This document shows, in pieces, positions 55,205 through 64,000 of a stretch of DNA of 64,000 bases. How positions within the stretch are numbered: the first letter of the stretch is position 1; every line of letters starts with the position of its first letter. The notes beneath the pieces are model-generated. The model saw nothing but the letters and a program-made list of their open reading frames with translations, searched no databases and was not told the origin of the DNA. A program made the position numbers and the translations under genes. The stretch is taken from NCBI GenBank assembly GCA_965248575.1, contig CBDFJQ010000002.1, forward strand, positions 4,608,001-4,672,000, written 5' to 3'. Origin of the DNA: Planctomycetota bacterium. GTDB lineage: Bacteria > Planctomycetota > B15-G4.

Positions 55205-56514
55205 AGACGGCCCGGCGCATCGGAGTTGTGGGTGGTGGCATGATGGGCCTCGCCGCTGCACGGGAGCTGCTGGACCAGGGCGTGCATGTCGAGCTTCTGG
55301 AGGCGGGCCCCGAGTTGGGCGGCCTGGCCGCCCCGATGGACTACGGGCCGTTCGTCTGGGACCGCTTCTATCATTGCATCCTGCCAGGGGATGCGAACGT
55401 GTTGGGTCTGATCGACAGGCTTGGTCTGACGTCAGAGGTGCGCTGGAGCCGGACCTCGTCGGGCTTCTACTTTGGTGGCGAGACGTATTCGCTCAAGACG
55501 GCTGCCGAACTGCTCGCCTTCAAGCCACTCCCGTTTCTTCAGCGTGTGCGTCTCGGGTTGTTCGGCGTCCTCTGCGGTCGCATGTTTTCCGGAGACGATC
55601 TGGAGCACCAGACTGCCGAGGCTTTCCTTCGGAGGTACGCGGGCGACGCAGCATGGGATGTGGTCTGGCACCCGCTTCTGCGAGCGAAACTCGGAGAGGC
55701 TGCGAACACCATCTCCGCACGGTTCATCTGGGACAGCGTCAACCGGTTGCAGTCCAGCCGACAGGGCGTCAAGAAAGAGGAGAAGCTGGGCTTCGTCTCG
55801 GGGGGCTACGCGCGGGTTCGGGATGCGCTCGTGAAGCAGCTCAAGGCCGACGGCGCCGTGCTCAAGACCGGTGTCGCCGTGCAGTCCATCGCGCGGGCGT
55901 CCGACGGCTCCGGCGCCGGCGTGGCGGTCGAGACGGATGCCGGGCGGTTCGAGTTCGACGACGTCCTCATCACGGTCAGCAGCCCCGTGGCCAGTCGCCT
56001 TGTCTCTGGTGCCGCGTCCGAGCTCCTGGCCAGCACGGCCTACATGGGCGTCGTCGTTGGCGCCCTGGTGTTGAAGCGCGCCCTCAACCCTTATTACATC
56101 CTGAACATCTCGGACCCCGGCATTGACCTGACCGGCATCATCGGCACCAGCAATCTGGTGGGCGAGCGTGCCATGAACGGGTACCACCTCTACTACACAC
56201 CGCGCTACCTCATGCAAGAGGATCCGGCATGGGGGCGATCTGATAGCGAATGGGCGGCGCACTTTCGTTCCCAGGTCAGCCGAGTCATTCCTGACCTCCA
56301 GGACGACGACATCGAGAGCAGCCACGTCTCGCGCGCCCGCTTCGTCCAACCGATCCTCGACATGGGGTATCGGGATCGCATGCCGCCCCTGGCCTTGGAC
56401 CCACCAGGCATCTGGTTGGTGAACAGCAGCCATTGCTACCAGGGCCCCGTCAACCTTGACCTGGTCGTGGGGCACGCCGTGTCCTCCGTGCGGGAGATCA
56501 TCGGGAGCCGATGA
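55201..56514 (+). CDS. FAD-dependent oxidoreductase (amine oxidase/protoporphyrinogen oxidase-like, glycan-locus type)
   Basis: GTG at 55201; IGVVGGGMMGLAAA..E..LGGLA, DRFYH and GG dinucleotide-binding motifs. Confidence 0.9.
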   Translation: MKTARRIGVVGGGMMGLAAARELLDQGVHVELLEAGPELGGLAAPMDYGPFVWDRFYHCILPGDANVLGLIDRLGLTSEVRWSRTSSGFYFGGETYSLKTAAELLAFKPLPFLQRVRLGLFGVLCGRMFSGDDLEHQTAEAFLRRYAGDAAWDVVWHPLLRAKLGEAANTISARFIWDSVNRLQSSRQGVKKEEKLGFVSGGYARVRDALVKQLKADGAVLKTGVAVQSIARASDGSGAGVAVETDAGRFEFDDVLITVSSPVASRLVSGAASELLASTAYMGVVVGALVLKRALNPYYILNISDPGIDLTGIIGTSNLVGERAMNGYHLYYTPRYLMQEDPAWGRSDSEWAAHFRSQVSRVIPDLQDDDIESSHVSRARFVQPILDMGYRDRMPPLALDPPGIWLVNSSHCYQGPVNLDLVVGHAVSSVREIIGSR

Positions 56515-58016
56515 ACGACGCCGCCCCACGATGGCCGCTACTCGTCGTCGCCGTCGTGGCAGGTGTGCTCGCGTTCTGGGATTTGGGTGCCGAGTCGCTG
56601 TGGTTTGACGAAGCCTGGTCAGTCGAGCTGGCCAGTCGGGACCTCTCGGTGACGCTGTCAGAGTATGTCGAGTCCAATCGCGAAGGTCCGCCTCTCTACT
56701 TCGTCGTGTTGCATGAGTGGATGGCTGTGTTTGGTCAGAGCGAGGCTGCTGTCCGTGCACTGTCGGCCCTCGCGTCCGTGATCACGGCCTGCTGTCTCTA
56801 CCTGCTCTTCGGGCGAGCCTTCGGCTGGCGCGTCGGCCTGGCGTCCTCCGTGCTCACGGCAGCGCTACCGGCCTCCGTCCACATCGCACAGGAAGCGCGC
56901 AACTACTCGATGCTGACGGCCCTGCTCTGCCTCGGGTTGCTCTGCACCTTGCGCTTCCTGGATCGTCCGAGCGTGGGCAACGCCCTCGTCCTCACGCTGG
57001 TGAACCTGGCTGCGCTGTTCACACATCACCTCGCAATCGAGGGTGTGGTGGTGCAGAACCTCATGTTCCTCTGCGCCCGGGATCGCAAACCCGGCCTGTG
57101 GACCCAGTGGATGCTCAGCCAGGGGTTGCTCGTGGTGACGCTCCTGCCGGCGCTGCTCCTCCTGCCCCAGAAAGAGGCGGTGGCGTCTTGGGTCCCGATG
57201 CCCAATGCGAACTCCCTGCTCAACGCGCTGGCGGTGTTCACGGGGGGTGGGTTCATCGAGAACCCCTTCGCTGCCCGGGACATAGGTCTGCGGGTCAGCG
57301 TTCCGTCGGTCTCGGCTTGCGTTGTAGGGGGTCTGTTCGCCTGCGTGGGGCTGGTCGCGGCCGTTCGGCAATACCGTCATGGGTCATCTCATGCGCGTGC
57401 CGGCGCACTCGTGGTCCTGGGCATGATCAGCATGGCGATCCTCCTGCCGCTGGTGGTGAGCTACGTGGCGGCCCCTGCGTTCATTCCCCGGTACTACATC
57501 CACGGTGCACCGTTCTTTGCGATGCTCATGATGCTGGGAGCGAGCTTCTTGATGCGCGGCGGGTGGCGGTTCTGGGTGGCGTCAGCCCTGCTGTTCGGTC
57601 TTGCCCTGGCGGGGACGGTTGAAGAGCTCAGCTATCGCACGAAGGACAACTGGCGCGAGGCAGCGCGGTTGGTAGAGGACGGGCTCCAACCCGGGGATGC
57701 CGTCGTTGTCACCGATGAACGGGGCCTCGTCCCATTCACGTACTACTACTCGGGTGGCGTGGAGCCTCAGGCCATCCCGGGGCGCAGGGGCCGCCCGCTT
57801 GCCACAGCCGCGGACATCCAGGAAGCGTCGGCGCTCGTGCCGCTAGCCGGGTCGCTCTGGCTCGTGCTTCCGTGGGGTGGGTCGCAGGACGGCGGAAGAA
57901 ACCACCTCTGGGCGACCTTCGAATCCTCGCCTCGGTGGTTCGAGCGCATCGACGGCAAGGCGTTCCGGGGAGATTGGGGCGGGGTGCTCGTCCTGCGCTA
58001 CCGGAAGCGTAGTTGA
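56511..58016 (+). CDS. GT-C glycosyltransferase (PMT_2/ArnT-like)
   Basis: SLWFDEAWS, PPLYFVVLH, SEAAVRALS, AQEARNYS, PRY and NWREAA; many TMs. Confidence 0.9.
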   Translation: MNDAAPRWPLLVVAVVAGVLAFWDLGAESLWFDEAWSVELASRDLSVTLSEYVESNREGPPLYFVVLHEWMAVFGQSEAAVRALSALASVITACCLYLLFGRAFGWRVGLASSVLTAALPASVHIAQEARNYSMLTALLCLGLLCTLRFLDRPSVGNALVLTLVNLAALFTHHLAIEGVVVQNLMFLCARDRKPGLWTQWMLSQGLLVVTLLPALLLLPQKEAVASWVPMPNANSLLNALAVFTGGGFIENPFAARDIGLRVSVPSVSACVVGGLFACVGLVAAVRQYRHGSSHARAGALVVLGMISMAILLPLVVSYVAAPAFIPRYYIHGAPFFAMLMMLGASFLMRGGWRFWVASALLFGLALAGTVEELSYRTKDNWREAARLVEDGLQPGDAVVVTDERGLVPFTYYYSGGVEPQAIPGRRGRPLATAADIQEASALVPLAGSLWLVLPWGGSQDGGRNHLWATFESSPRWFERIDGKAFRGDWGGVLVLRYRKRS

Positions 58017-59857
58017 GCGTGGAGCCACAGCGCATCGGAGAACGGCTGCTCGAGGTGCTCGGGCTGCTCGCGGTGCTATCGGTTGTCCTCTGGATGGGCG
58101 CGTGGCGCTGGCCCGACCTGCTGGTGGACTTCGGCGAGGAGTTGTACGTCCCGTGGCAAATGCTGGAGGGCCGTGTCCTCTACGAAGAGATGGTCTATCT
58201 CCGGGGACCCTTCTCAGCTTGGGTCAATTGGGCCGCATTCGGCGTGCTGGGCGTGGGCCTCGAGAGCCTCGTTCTGGTCAACGTCTCGATCATCGTAGCT
58301 CTCACGCTGCTCATCCACGGGATCTTTGGCACGGCTGGGTCGCGCCTCTCGCGCATCTGCACGTCGCTGACGTTCGTGTTGGTCTTCGCGGCCGCCCAGT
58401 ACAGCAACACGGGCAACTACAACTACGTCACGCCGTATTCCCACGAGCAGTCTCACGCGATCCTGCTTGGGTTGCTTGGGATCGCCTGCCTCGGAAGATT
58501 CGCTCGGCGGTCCTCGCCCGCCTGGCTAGCCATCTCCGGCCTGACTCTGGGCGCTGCCGCCCTCACCAAGCCTGAGCTGTTTGCCGCCTGTGCGGCTGGC
58601 ATCTCTGTTGGCCTGGGGGTGTCGTGGTACGTGGGGGCCCTCTCCCGGCGCGAGGTGTTGCGTGCCGCCGCGTGGGTGGTGGCCGGCGGGGTCGTGGCGC
58701 TGGCGGCTGCCGCAGCCCTCGGAGTCGCCTCAGGAACCGTGAATCCAAAGGACATGTTGTTCGCGTGGCTCGAATACCCGCGATGGTCCCGGCTTGTCGG
58801 TGCCGATCCGATGACCCTGTCCGTCCTGGGCTTCGACAAGGTCGGCCGCAACATCAGCCTCATGCTCCTGGTGGCCGGAGCGTGGATCTTGTTGCTAGGC
58901 GTCCTGGCGGTCGTCGCTCGTGCGCTGAACGCGCGCGGCGTTCCGCGTGCTGCCTGTGTCGTCGCGGGTGCTTTGGTCACCTTGCTGCCGGGGTTCCTGC
59001 TGCTCGACCCCCAGGACTGGCTCTACCGGGCCATGCGTCCGGCTCCTGTGCTGCTGGCCGGGTGGATCGTCGCGCAGCTGTTCGAGGCTCGGCGCATTCG
59101 AAAACTCGATGCTCCGGAACGCGAGCAGCATGCCCTCGCGTTCGCGGCGCGTCGGATGCCGGTGCTGGCCGTCGGCGCCATGGGGCTGGTGCTCCTCGCC
59201 CGGATGCCGCTCAAGACTCAGGTGTTCCACTACGGCTTCGCGCTCGCGATGCCTGCCACCCTCGTGCTTGTGCACGGTCTGGTGCACGACCTGCCGAGAC
59301 GCCTGCAGGCCTGGTCCGCGGGAGGCCCGTGTTTCGTCGCGGGAGCCGTCGCCCTCCTCGTTCTCGGTTGGACGGTTCATGCCGAGGTGTCCCTGGACGT
59401 GTACGGGAAGAAGAACACTTGGGTGGCAGGGACGTTCCGCGCCTTCGATGAGCAGACGGACAACCGAACACTTCCCTTCTCCGATGCGGTCGCATGGCTC
59501 TCCAATCATCTCTCGCCGGACGAGCAGTTTGTCGTGTTCCCGGAGGGTGTGATGCTCAACGTCCTGGCCAAGCGATCGAGCACGACGAGGTTCACCACCT
59601 ACAACCCTGCCCTCTTCCTGATTCTTGGAGGCGAGGATCCCGTGCTCCAAGACTTGCGCTCGTCGCCCCCTGACTATGTGGTGCTGGTGGACCGGGACAA
59701 CTCGGAACATGGCGCGCGCTATTTCGGTCAGGACTATGCCAAGGCGGTGGGAAGGTGGATGCGCCGCCGATACGAACCGGTGGTTACGTTCGGAGCCCCA
59801 CCGTTCCAGGGCCGAGGTTTCGGAATCGCCATTATGAGGAGAAACGCTGGCCGGTGA
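58013..59857 (+). CDS. Polytopic membrane protein, probable GT-C glycosyltransferase
   Basis: WPDLLVDFGEELY..G..LY..GP, LTKPE and C-terminal PDYVV; TTGA overlap. Confidence 0.8.
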   Translation: MSVEPQRIGERLLEVLGLLAVLSVVLWMGAWRWPDLLVDFGEELYVPWQMLEGRVLYEEMVYLRGPFSAWVNWAAFGVLGVGLESLVLVNVSIIVALTLLIHGIFGTAGSRLSRICTSLTFVLVFAAAQYSNTGNYNYVTPYSHEQSHAILLGLLGIACLGRFARRSSPAWLAISGLTLGAAALTKPELFAACAAGISVGLGVSWYVGALSRREVLRAAAWVVAGGVVALAAAAALGVASGTVNPKDMLFAWLEYPRWSRLVGADPMTLSVLGFDKVGRNISLMLLVAGAWILLLGVLAVVARALNARGVPRAACVVAGALVTLLPGFLLLDPQDWLYRAMRPAPVLLAGWIVAQLFEARRIRKLDAPEREQHALAFAARRMPVLAVGAMGLVLLARMPLKTQVFHYGFALAMPATLVLVHGLVHDLPRRLQAWSAGGPCFVAGAVALLVLGWTVHAEVSLDVYGKKNTWVAGTFRAFDEQTDNRTLPFSDAVAWLSNHLSPDEQFVVFPEGVMLNVLAKRSSTTRFTTYNPALFLILGGEDPVLQDLRSSPPDYVVLVDRDNSEHGARYFGQDYAKAVGRWMRRRYEPVVTFGAPPFQGRGFGIAIMRRNAGR

Positions 59858-59911
59858 GGGTTGCAGCTGTTCCCACACCACGACCGGCCCGCCTGAAGTA
59901 GACTGGCCGCC

Positions 59912-60517
59912 GTGAACTTTGTCCTGCGCAAGATCCTGGCTGGTCTAAGCACTCAACAGAATCGGACCCCCTGGCTCGGCCCGCTCATTCTTGGGGCGAA
60001 CGAGCGGGCAGTCCGCGTTGTTTGGGCCCTCCAAGGCGTGCGGCCGCCCGAGCTGGACTGCGAAGCCGTTGCGGGTCCCCGACGCTACCGGTTCGCGATG
60101 CTCGGGATCGACGACGCGCCGGAGGTCATACGCTTCTTGTCCGAGTCAATCACCTCGGACGAGCAAGCCTTCATCCCTCACCCATGCACGCCGCGTGGCG
60201 TGCGGCGGGTCCTGGGATTCCGTGCCGTTCATTCGGTGGGGGCCTTCCACGGTGAGGAACTCGTCGCGTACGCGTGCCTCCGACCGACAGTGATGGGCAG
60301 GACGCTCATGGCCGCGGTGATCGCACGGCGGCATCGGAGGTTCGACATGCCGTCACACTTCGGTCGATGCCTGCTTGAGGTCATCCATGCGACGCGCCAG
60401 ACCCTGTTGACGACGATTGCCGAATCAAACAAAGCGAGTCTCGCGGCGGCTCGCCGCATAGGCATTCACCTAGAGCCCCTGTCCCCCGGCATCGTGCTCG
60501 GAACCACGAAGGGCTAG
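59912..60517 (+). CDS. GNAT-fold protein, paralog of 54545-55204
   Basis: LGIDD..FIPH..VRRVLGFR..VAYACLRP..IAESNKAS aligns with the first GNAT. Confidence 0.7.
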   Translation: MNFVLRKILAGLSTQQNRTPWLGPLILGANERAVRVVWALQGVRPPELDCEAVAGPRRYRFAMLGIDDAPEVIRFLSESITSDEQAFIPHPCTPRGVRRVLGFRAVHSVGAFHGEELVAYACLRPTVMGRTLMAAVIARRHRRFDMPSHFGRCLLEVIHATRQTLLTTIAESNKASLAAARRIGIHLEPLSPGIVLGTTKG

Positions 60518-60589
60518 CCGCTCCGTCGTCCGAGCAGCCCAGCACCCTCCGAGATCCGCTCGGGTCCGCTCGGGCACGCCGGGAATGAT

Positions 60590-60825
60590 CCTCCTGCTGC
60601 GGAAGTCCCAGTCGGCGTCGTGGACCAGAGACGTCGGGGAGATGTTGGTGAAGGAGACGGAGAAGACGGCAGTCCCCGTGATGGGAGAGGCCGTGAAGTT
60701 CGCCACGATCTGCGCGCAAGCGAGGGGGGGCTGACCAGGCGAGCAGCAAGGGAGGAGCCGAGGGCGAACTGACTGTGCGCGGCGCATGATGTTGAGGCTC
60801 CGGGTCCCGCGCCGCTCGTGTTCAT
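60590..60825 (-). pseudogene. Truncated, frameshifted PKD-domain secreted protein relic
   Basis: AQIVANFTASPITGTAVFSVSFTNISP..WDF (PKD start); leader in another frame, joined across a C7 run at 60724-60730. Confidence 0.55.
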
Positions 60826-61031
60826 GACCTGCTCCTTCCACCCAGGTTCGTCCCGGAGCTGAGCAAGGCTCTCTTGCCGTCATCGACTCGCGCCTCAGCG
60901 TCCGCCGGTTGACAAGCCATGCTGCGGTGAGCTCGAGGAGTGAGCGGCCAAGACCCTTGTGTCGCGATCGTCGCTGCACTCGCCTTGACCGTTCCCACTG
61001 CCCTCGGGCAAGACTACAAGCTCGTGGGTGA

Positions 61032-61514
61032 AGTGGAGGGCGGTCCAACTGGACCGGGGGCGGAGGGATCGGAGGCTCCATTCCCATCCCCATCCCCAGG
61101 TTGAACACAGATCCCTACCCGACTGACTGCCGGGTCGTCAATGTCGACGGCGATGGGACGAATGACCTGGAACTCTTCATGGCCGTTGTCGACGCCAACG
61201 GAGTCCCCAGCGGTGACTTGACTTACATGCCCATCTCAGTTGGGACACAGGGGGGCATCCAGGACGACTTGGTCCAAGACTTCATCTCAGCGTTCATTCC
61301 GCATGGGGAGGAGCTGAATGCCATACGCGTGGGAGACACGACGATCATCCTTGACCCGAAGCGCAGATCCTCTATCAGTTAATTCGACATCAGAGTGCCG
61401 GGTCTTCTCGCGAGATATCCAGATCTACTTCTGCCGGGTCTTTTGACGGATGAGTGTTGGCTCGCTGAAGTGCCACCCAACGGAGTGAGCTTCCCTCGCC
61501 TTCTGGGCGACTGA
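61032..61514 (+). pseudogene. Possible gene fragment with an internal TAA
   Basis: ORF 61101-61382 continues in frame after TAA (FDIRVPGLLARYPDLLLPGLLTDECW..) to TGA at 61514; no convincing start. Confidence 0.35.
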
Positions 61515-61551
61515 TGGTCGAGGGCTCTTCGCGCTCGATCGACGTGTGGGG

Positions 61552-62298
61552 TCAGTCGGCGGGCATCAGTGCCCACGTCAGCCAGAACAGCAGCTGCGCG
61601 TAGGCCATCATCACAGCGACCCAGCTCGCCGTGAGCCCGAGGCCCTGGAGCAAGGACACGCCTGCCCTGCGGCCATAACCGCTGAGCTGCGCGCGCGTGA
61701 ACCACTGCAATGTACCTACGGTGAGCAGCAGCAATTTCGTCAAGCCTTGGGTCTCCGGATCATTCACACCGATCATTCGGAGCACGGTGTCTGCGCACCA
61801 GATGAGCAGCGGCCAACTGAGCAGGATCCAGCTCACGGCGTAGAGCGCGAACATGAGGTGCACGCCGAAGGGGCGGCGCAGGTCGAGGAGCTTGGCGAGC
61901 AACGCGAGCATTGGCACCAAGAGCAGCGCAAAGGTGGGCTGGCGGAAGTCGAGATGGTTGTCAAAGCGTTCTTCGTAGACCTCGCGGCTCAGCTCGTACT
62001 CCACGCGTTGCGTCTCGATCAGCTCGGCGTAGCTTGAGTTCGACTTCTCGAGGCTTTCGAGCGAGAAGCGGAACAAGCCGACCTGCGGACCGATCATGAA
62101 GAACAGCAAGTTCACGAAGACGAACAGGCGCAGCGGCTCGCGGAAGACGTGCTGGCGCTTCTCAAGTTGCTGCGCCACGAGGCTTCCGGGCGCGACGCAC
62201 AATCGACGCAGCGTGGCGAGCAAGCCAGTATCCACGTCGGCTAGATAGGCCCACACGGCGGCAAAGACGGCAACGGCAGAGAACGCGCTCGTGATCAT
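61552..62298 (-). CDS. DUF3667-like membrane protein (N-terminal Zn-ribbon absent or decayed)
   Basis: DTGLLATLRRLCVAPG..EPLRLFVFVNLLFF, HLMFALY; several TMs. Confidence 0.7.
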   Translation of the reverse strand: MITSAFSAVAVFAAVWAYLADVDTGLLATLRRLCVAPGSLVAQQLEKRQHVFREPLRLFVFVNLLFFMIGPQVGLFRFSLESLEKSNSSYAELIETQRVEYELSREVYEERFDNHLDFRQPTFALLLVPMLALLAKLLDLRRPFGVHLMFALYAVSWILLSWPLLIWCADTVLRMIGVNDPETQGLTKLLLLTVGTLQWFTRAQLSGYGRRAGVSLLQGLGLTASWVAVMMAYAQLLFWLTWALMPAD

Positions 62299-62491
62299 GT
62301 GCCCAAAGCTAGCAAGGTTCGAGCGGGTCCTGCGAGGCTCATCGCGCCGTGAGTTCTCAGGGTACGACGATTCCGTCGGTCCACCGTGCGCACTGGCGTG
62401 CAAGACTTGCGCCAGGTCGAGAGGGTTCCGCTCTGGGTCATTGAAAGGATGCCAAGCGAACGTGTTTGTCACCCGGCCTTGAGCTGACGGT

Positions 62492-63619
62492 TCATTTCGC
62501 CGACACGGGCCAGGGCCCGTCGCGGGTGACGTTGACGAGCGACGTCCCGTCCAGTCGAAACAGCCCGCCGGAACATCCGAACCAGAGGACACCGTCGCGG
62601 TCCTCGAAGATCTCTTGCACGTGGCCGCCGTTGGGTCCGTGGCACTGCTTGAAGATTTGGCCACTGCCGCAGGGACATGGGAGGTCGTTGATGCTCAGAC
62701 CTTGGTCTACACCGAAGGCCGTGAACGATGTGCCGTCGTAGCGGCACGCGCCGGCGCCGAGCGTCGAGAACCACATGTTGCCCGCACTGTCTTCCAGGAT
62801 CTCGTAGACGCGGTCGTTGTTCAGCCCGTCCTTCTGCGTGAAGTTCTGGAAGGTCGTGCCGTCGTAGCAACTCACGCCGCCACCGTTGGTGCCGATCCAG
62901 ATCCTGCCGAGGCGATCCCCGGCGATGGAGCGGACGACGTTGCCTGCGAGGCCGTCCTTCGTGGTGTAGCTCGTGAAGGACTCTCCGTCGTAGCGGTGCA
63001 CGCCCTCGCCGTCCGTGCCGAACCAGAGGTTGCCAGCCGGGTCCTCGAACATGCCGAAGACCACCCTTGGGCTGAAGCGGGAGCTGGGGTTCTCGATCTC
63101 GACCCGCGGGAGTGGGAAGGGGATGAAGGAGTCTCCGTCGAAACGACAGACTCCTTCGTGCGTCCCGACCCAGAGGGTCCCGGTGCTGTCCAGCAGACAG
63201 CTCCAGATGCTGTCGTCGCTGAGGCCGTCGTCCATCGTGTAGTTGGTGAAACTGCCGTCCTCGTAGCGGCTGACTCCGCTATTGGTGCCGAACCACAGGG
63301 CGCCGTCTGCCGCCTGAACGATCCCGCGAACGGCAACACCGGCAAAGCCCTGCTCCAGGCTGACGTACGTCAGGGATGTCCCGTCGAAGCGGCAGACGCC
63401 GTCACCGTTGGTGCCGAACCAGTACACACCCTCCCGGTCCTGGAACACCTCGCGCACGTACTCACTGATCTGGACGGCTTGCTGGCCGGTCGTGGTAGGC
63501 GGGGCGACGGGACCAGGCAGCTGCTCAGCGCCGGCCGATTGCTGCGCCGACACGACGACGGGAGAGCAGCCACAGATCAACAGCAGCGGAAGGAACGCGA
63601 GTCGGAGTCGGATGTTCAT
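62492..63619 (-). CDS. Reg_prop-type beta-propeller (probable lipoprotein) with an inserted SEC-C motif
   Basis: Seven xxEDxxGxxWFGTxGxGVxRYDG-type repeats; LLLICGC lipobox-like; PCPCGSGQIFKQCHG. Confidence 0.9.
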   Translation of the reverse strand: MNIRLRLAFLPLLLICGCSPVVVSAQQSAGAEQLPGPVAPPTTTGQQAVQISEYVREVFQDREGVYWFGTNGDGVCRFDGTSLTYVSLEQGFAGVAVRGIVQAADGALWFGTNSGVSRYEDGSFTNYTMDDGLSDDSIWSCLLDSTGTLWVGTHEGVCRFDGDSFIPFPLPRVEIENPSSRFSPRVVFGMFEDPAGNLWFGTDGEGVHRYDGESFTSYTTKDGLAGNVVRSIAGDRLGRIWIGTNGGGVSCYDGTTFQNFTQKDGLNNDRVYEILEDSAGNMWFSTLGAGACRYDGTSFTAFGVDQGLSINDLPCPCGSGQIFKQCHGPNGGHVQEIFEDRDGVLWFGCSGGLFRLDGTSLVNVTRDGPWPVSAK

Positions 63620-63786
63620 GTCGGCCTCGGTGACGCAGATGTCCGGCCGGGAGTCAGTGTTTGCTCAACACCCGACCCAACCAACTCGCAGGAGGATAGT
63701 CGGCTTGCGCCAGAAATCCTCACTCAGTGCTCGAAGCCGAGCACACGCGCCTGCGCCCTTGGTCACTTGCTTGGCGTGCTCCTCGG

Positions 63787-64000
63787 TCACGCACCGATCG
63801 AGGACAACTGCCGCCACTGTGAGACAAGATCCAGTGGGTGCCCAAGCTCCGTGGAGAAGTGCTCGTGCATGATGTTCCGGTACTGGTCGAGAGGCATGTA
63901 TTCCTTAGTGTCCTGGCAAATGCGCGTGTCCTGGTACTCGTCCAAGTAAATGGTTTGAGTAGACAGTGGGACTAGGAATAGCTTTGTCAGAATCAGTCCC
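63787..64000 (-). pseudogene. Lower-GC fragment with a UvrD/SF1 helicase-like Walker B motif (extends beyond the window)
   Basis: Minus frame reads ..QTIYLDEYQDTRICQDTKEY..SSIGA*; stops ~45 aa after DEYQD. Confidence 0.35.

Noticed and set aside
55201..56514. hemY/hemG protoporphyrinogen oxidase
   Set aside because: Embedded in a glycosylation operon with no heme genes; only the FAD-binding superfamily is supported

Overview
High-GC bacterial DNA. The gene content (kinase-linked ECF sigma factor, many FG-GAP/beta-propeller secreted proteins) suggests Planctomycetota; this is an inference. I find about 46 intact CDS and several gene relics, and no rRNA, tRNA, CRISPR array, integrase or transposase. 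Positions 1-44 kb are dominated by secreted or surface proteins. Six otherwise unrelated ones end in a similar ~110-135 aa C-terminal domain, a candidate sorting or anchoring signal. This part also holds an orphan ScoE/MmaE-like (isonitrile-synthase-like) Fe/2OG enzyme, a PGM1-like ATP-grasp ligase converging on a class II glutamine amidotransferase/hemerythrin pair, and a sigma54 promoter with three upstream palindromic boxes. Positions 44-60.5 kb are a divergent, translationally coupled glycan-modification locus: three GT-C enzymes, GT2, flippase-like protein, WecB, carbamoyl-, methyl- and acetyltransferases, deacetylase, SGNH protein and FAD oxidoreductase. Positions 60.5-64 kb are partly decayed. 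Family calls come from motif recognition only; no database searches were run.
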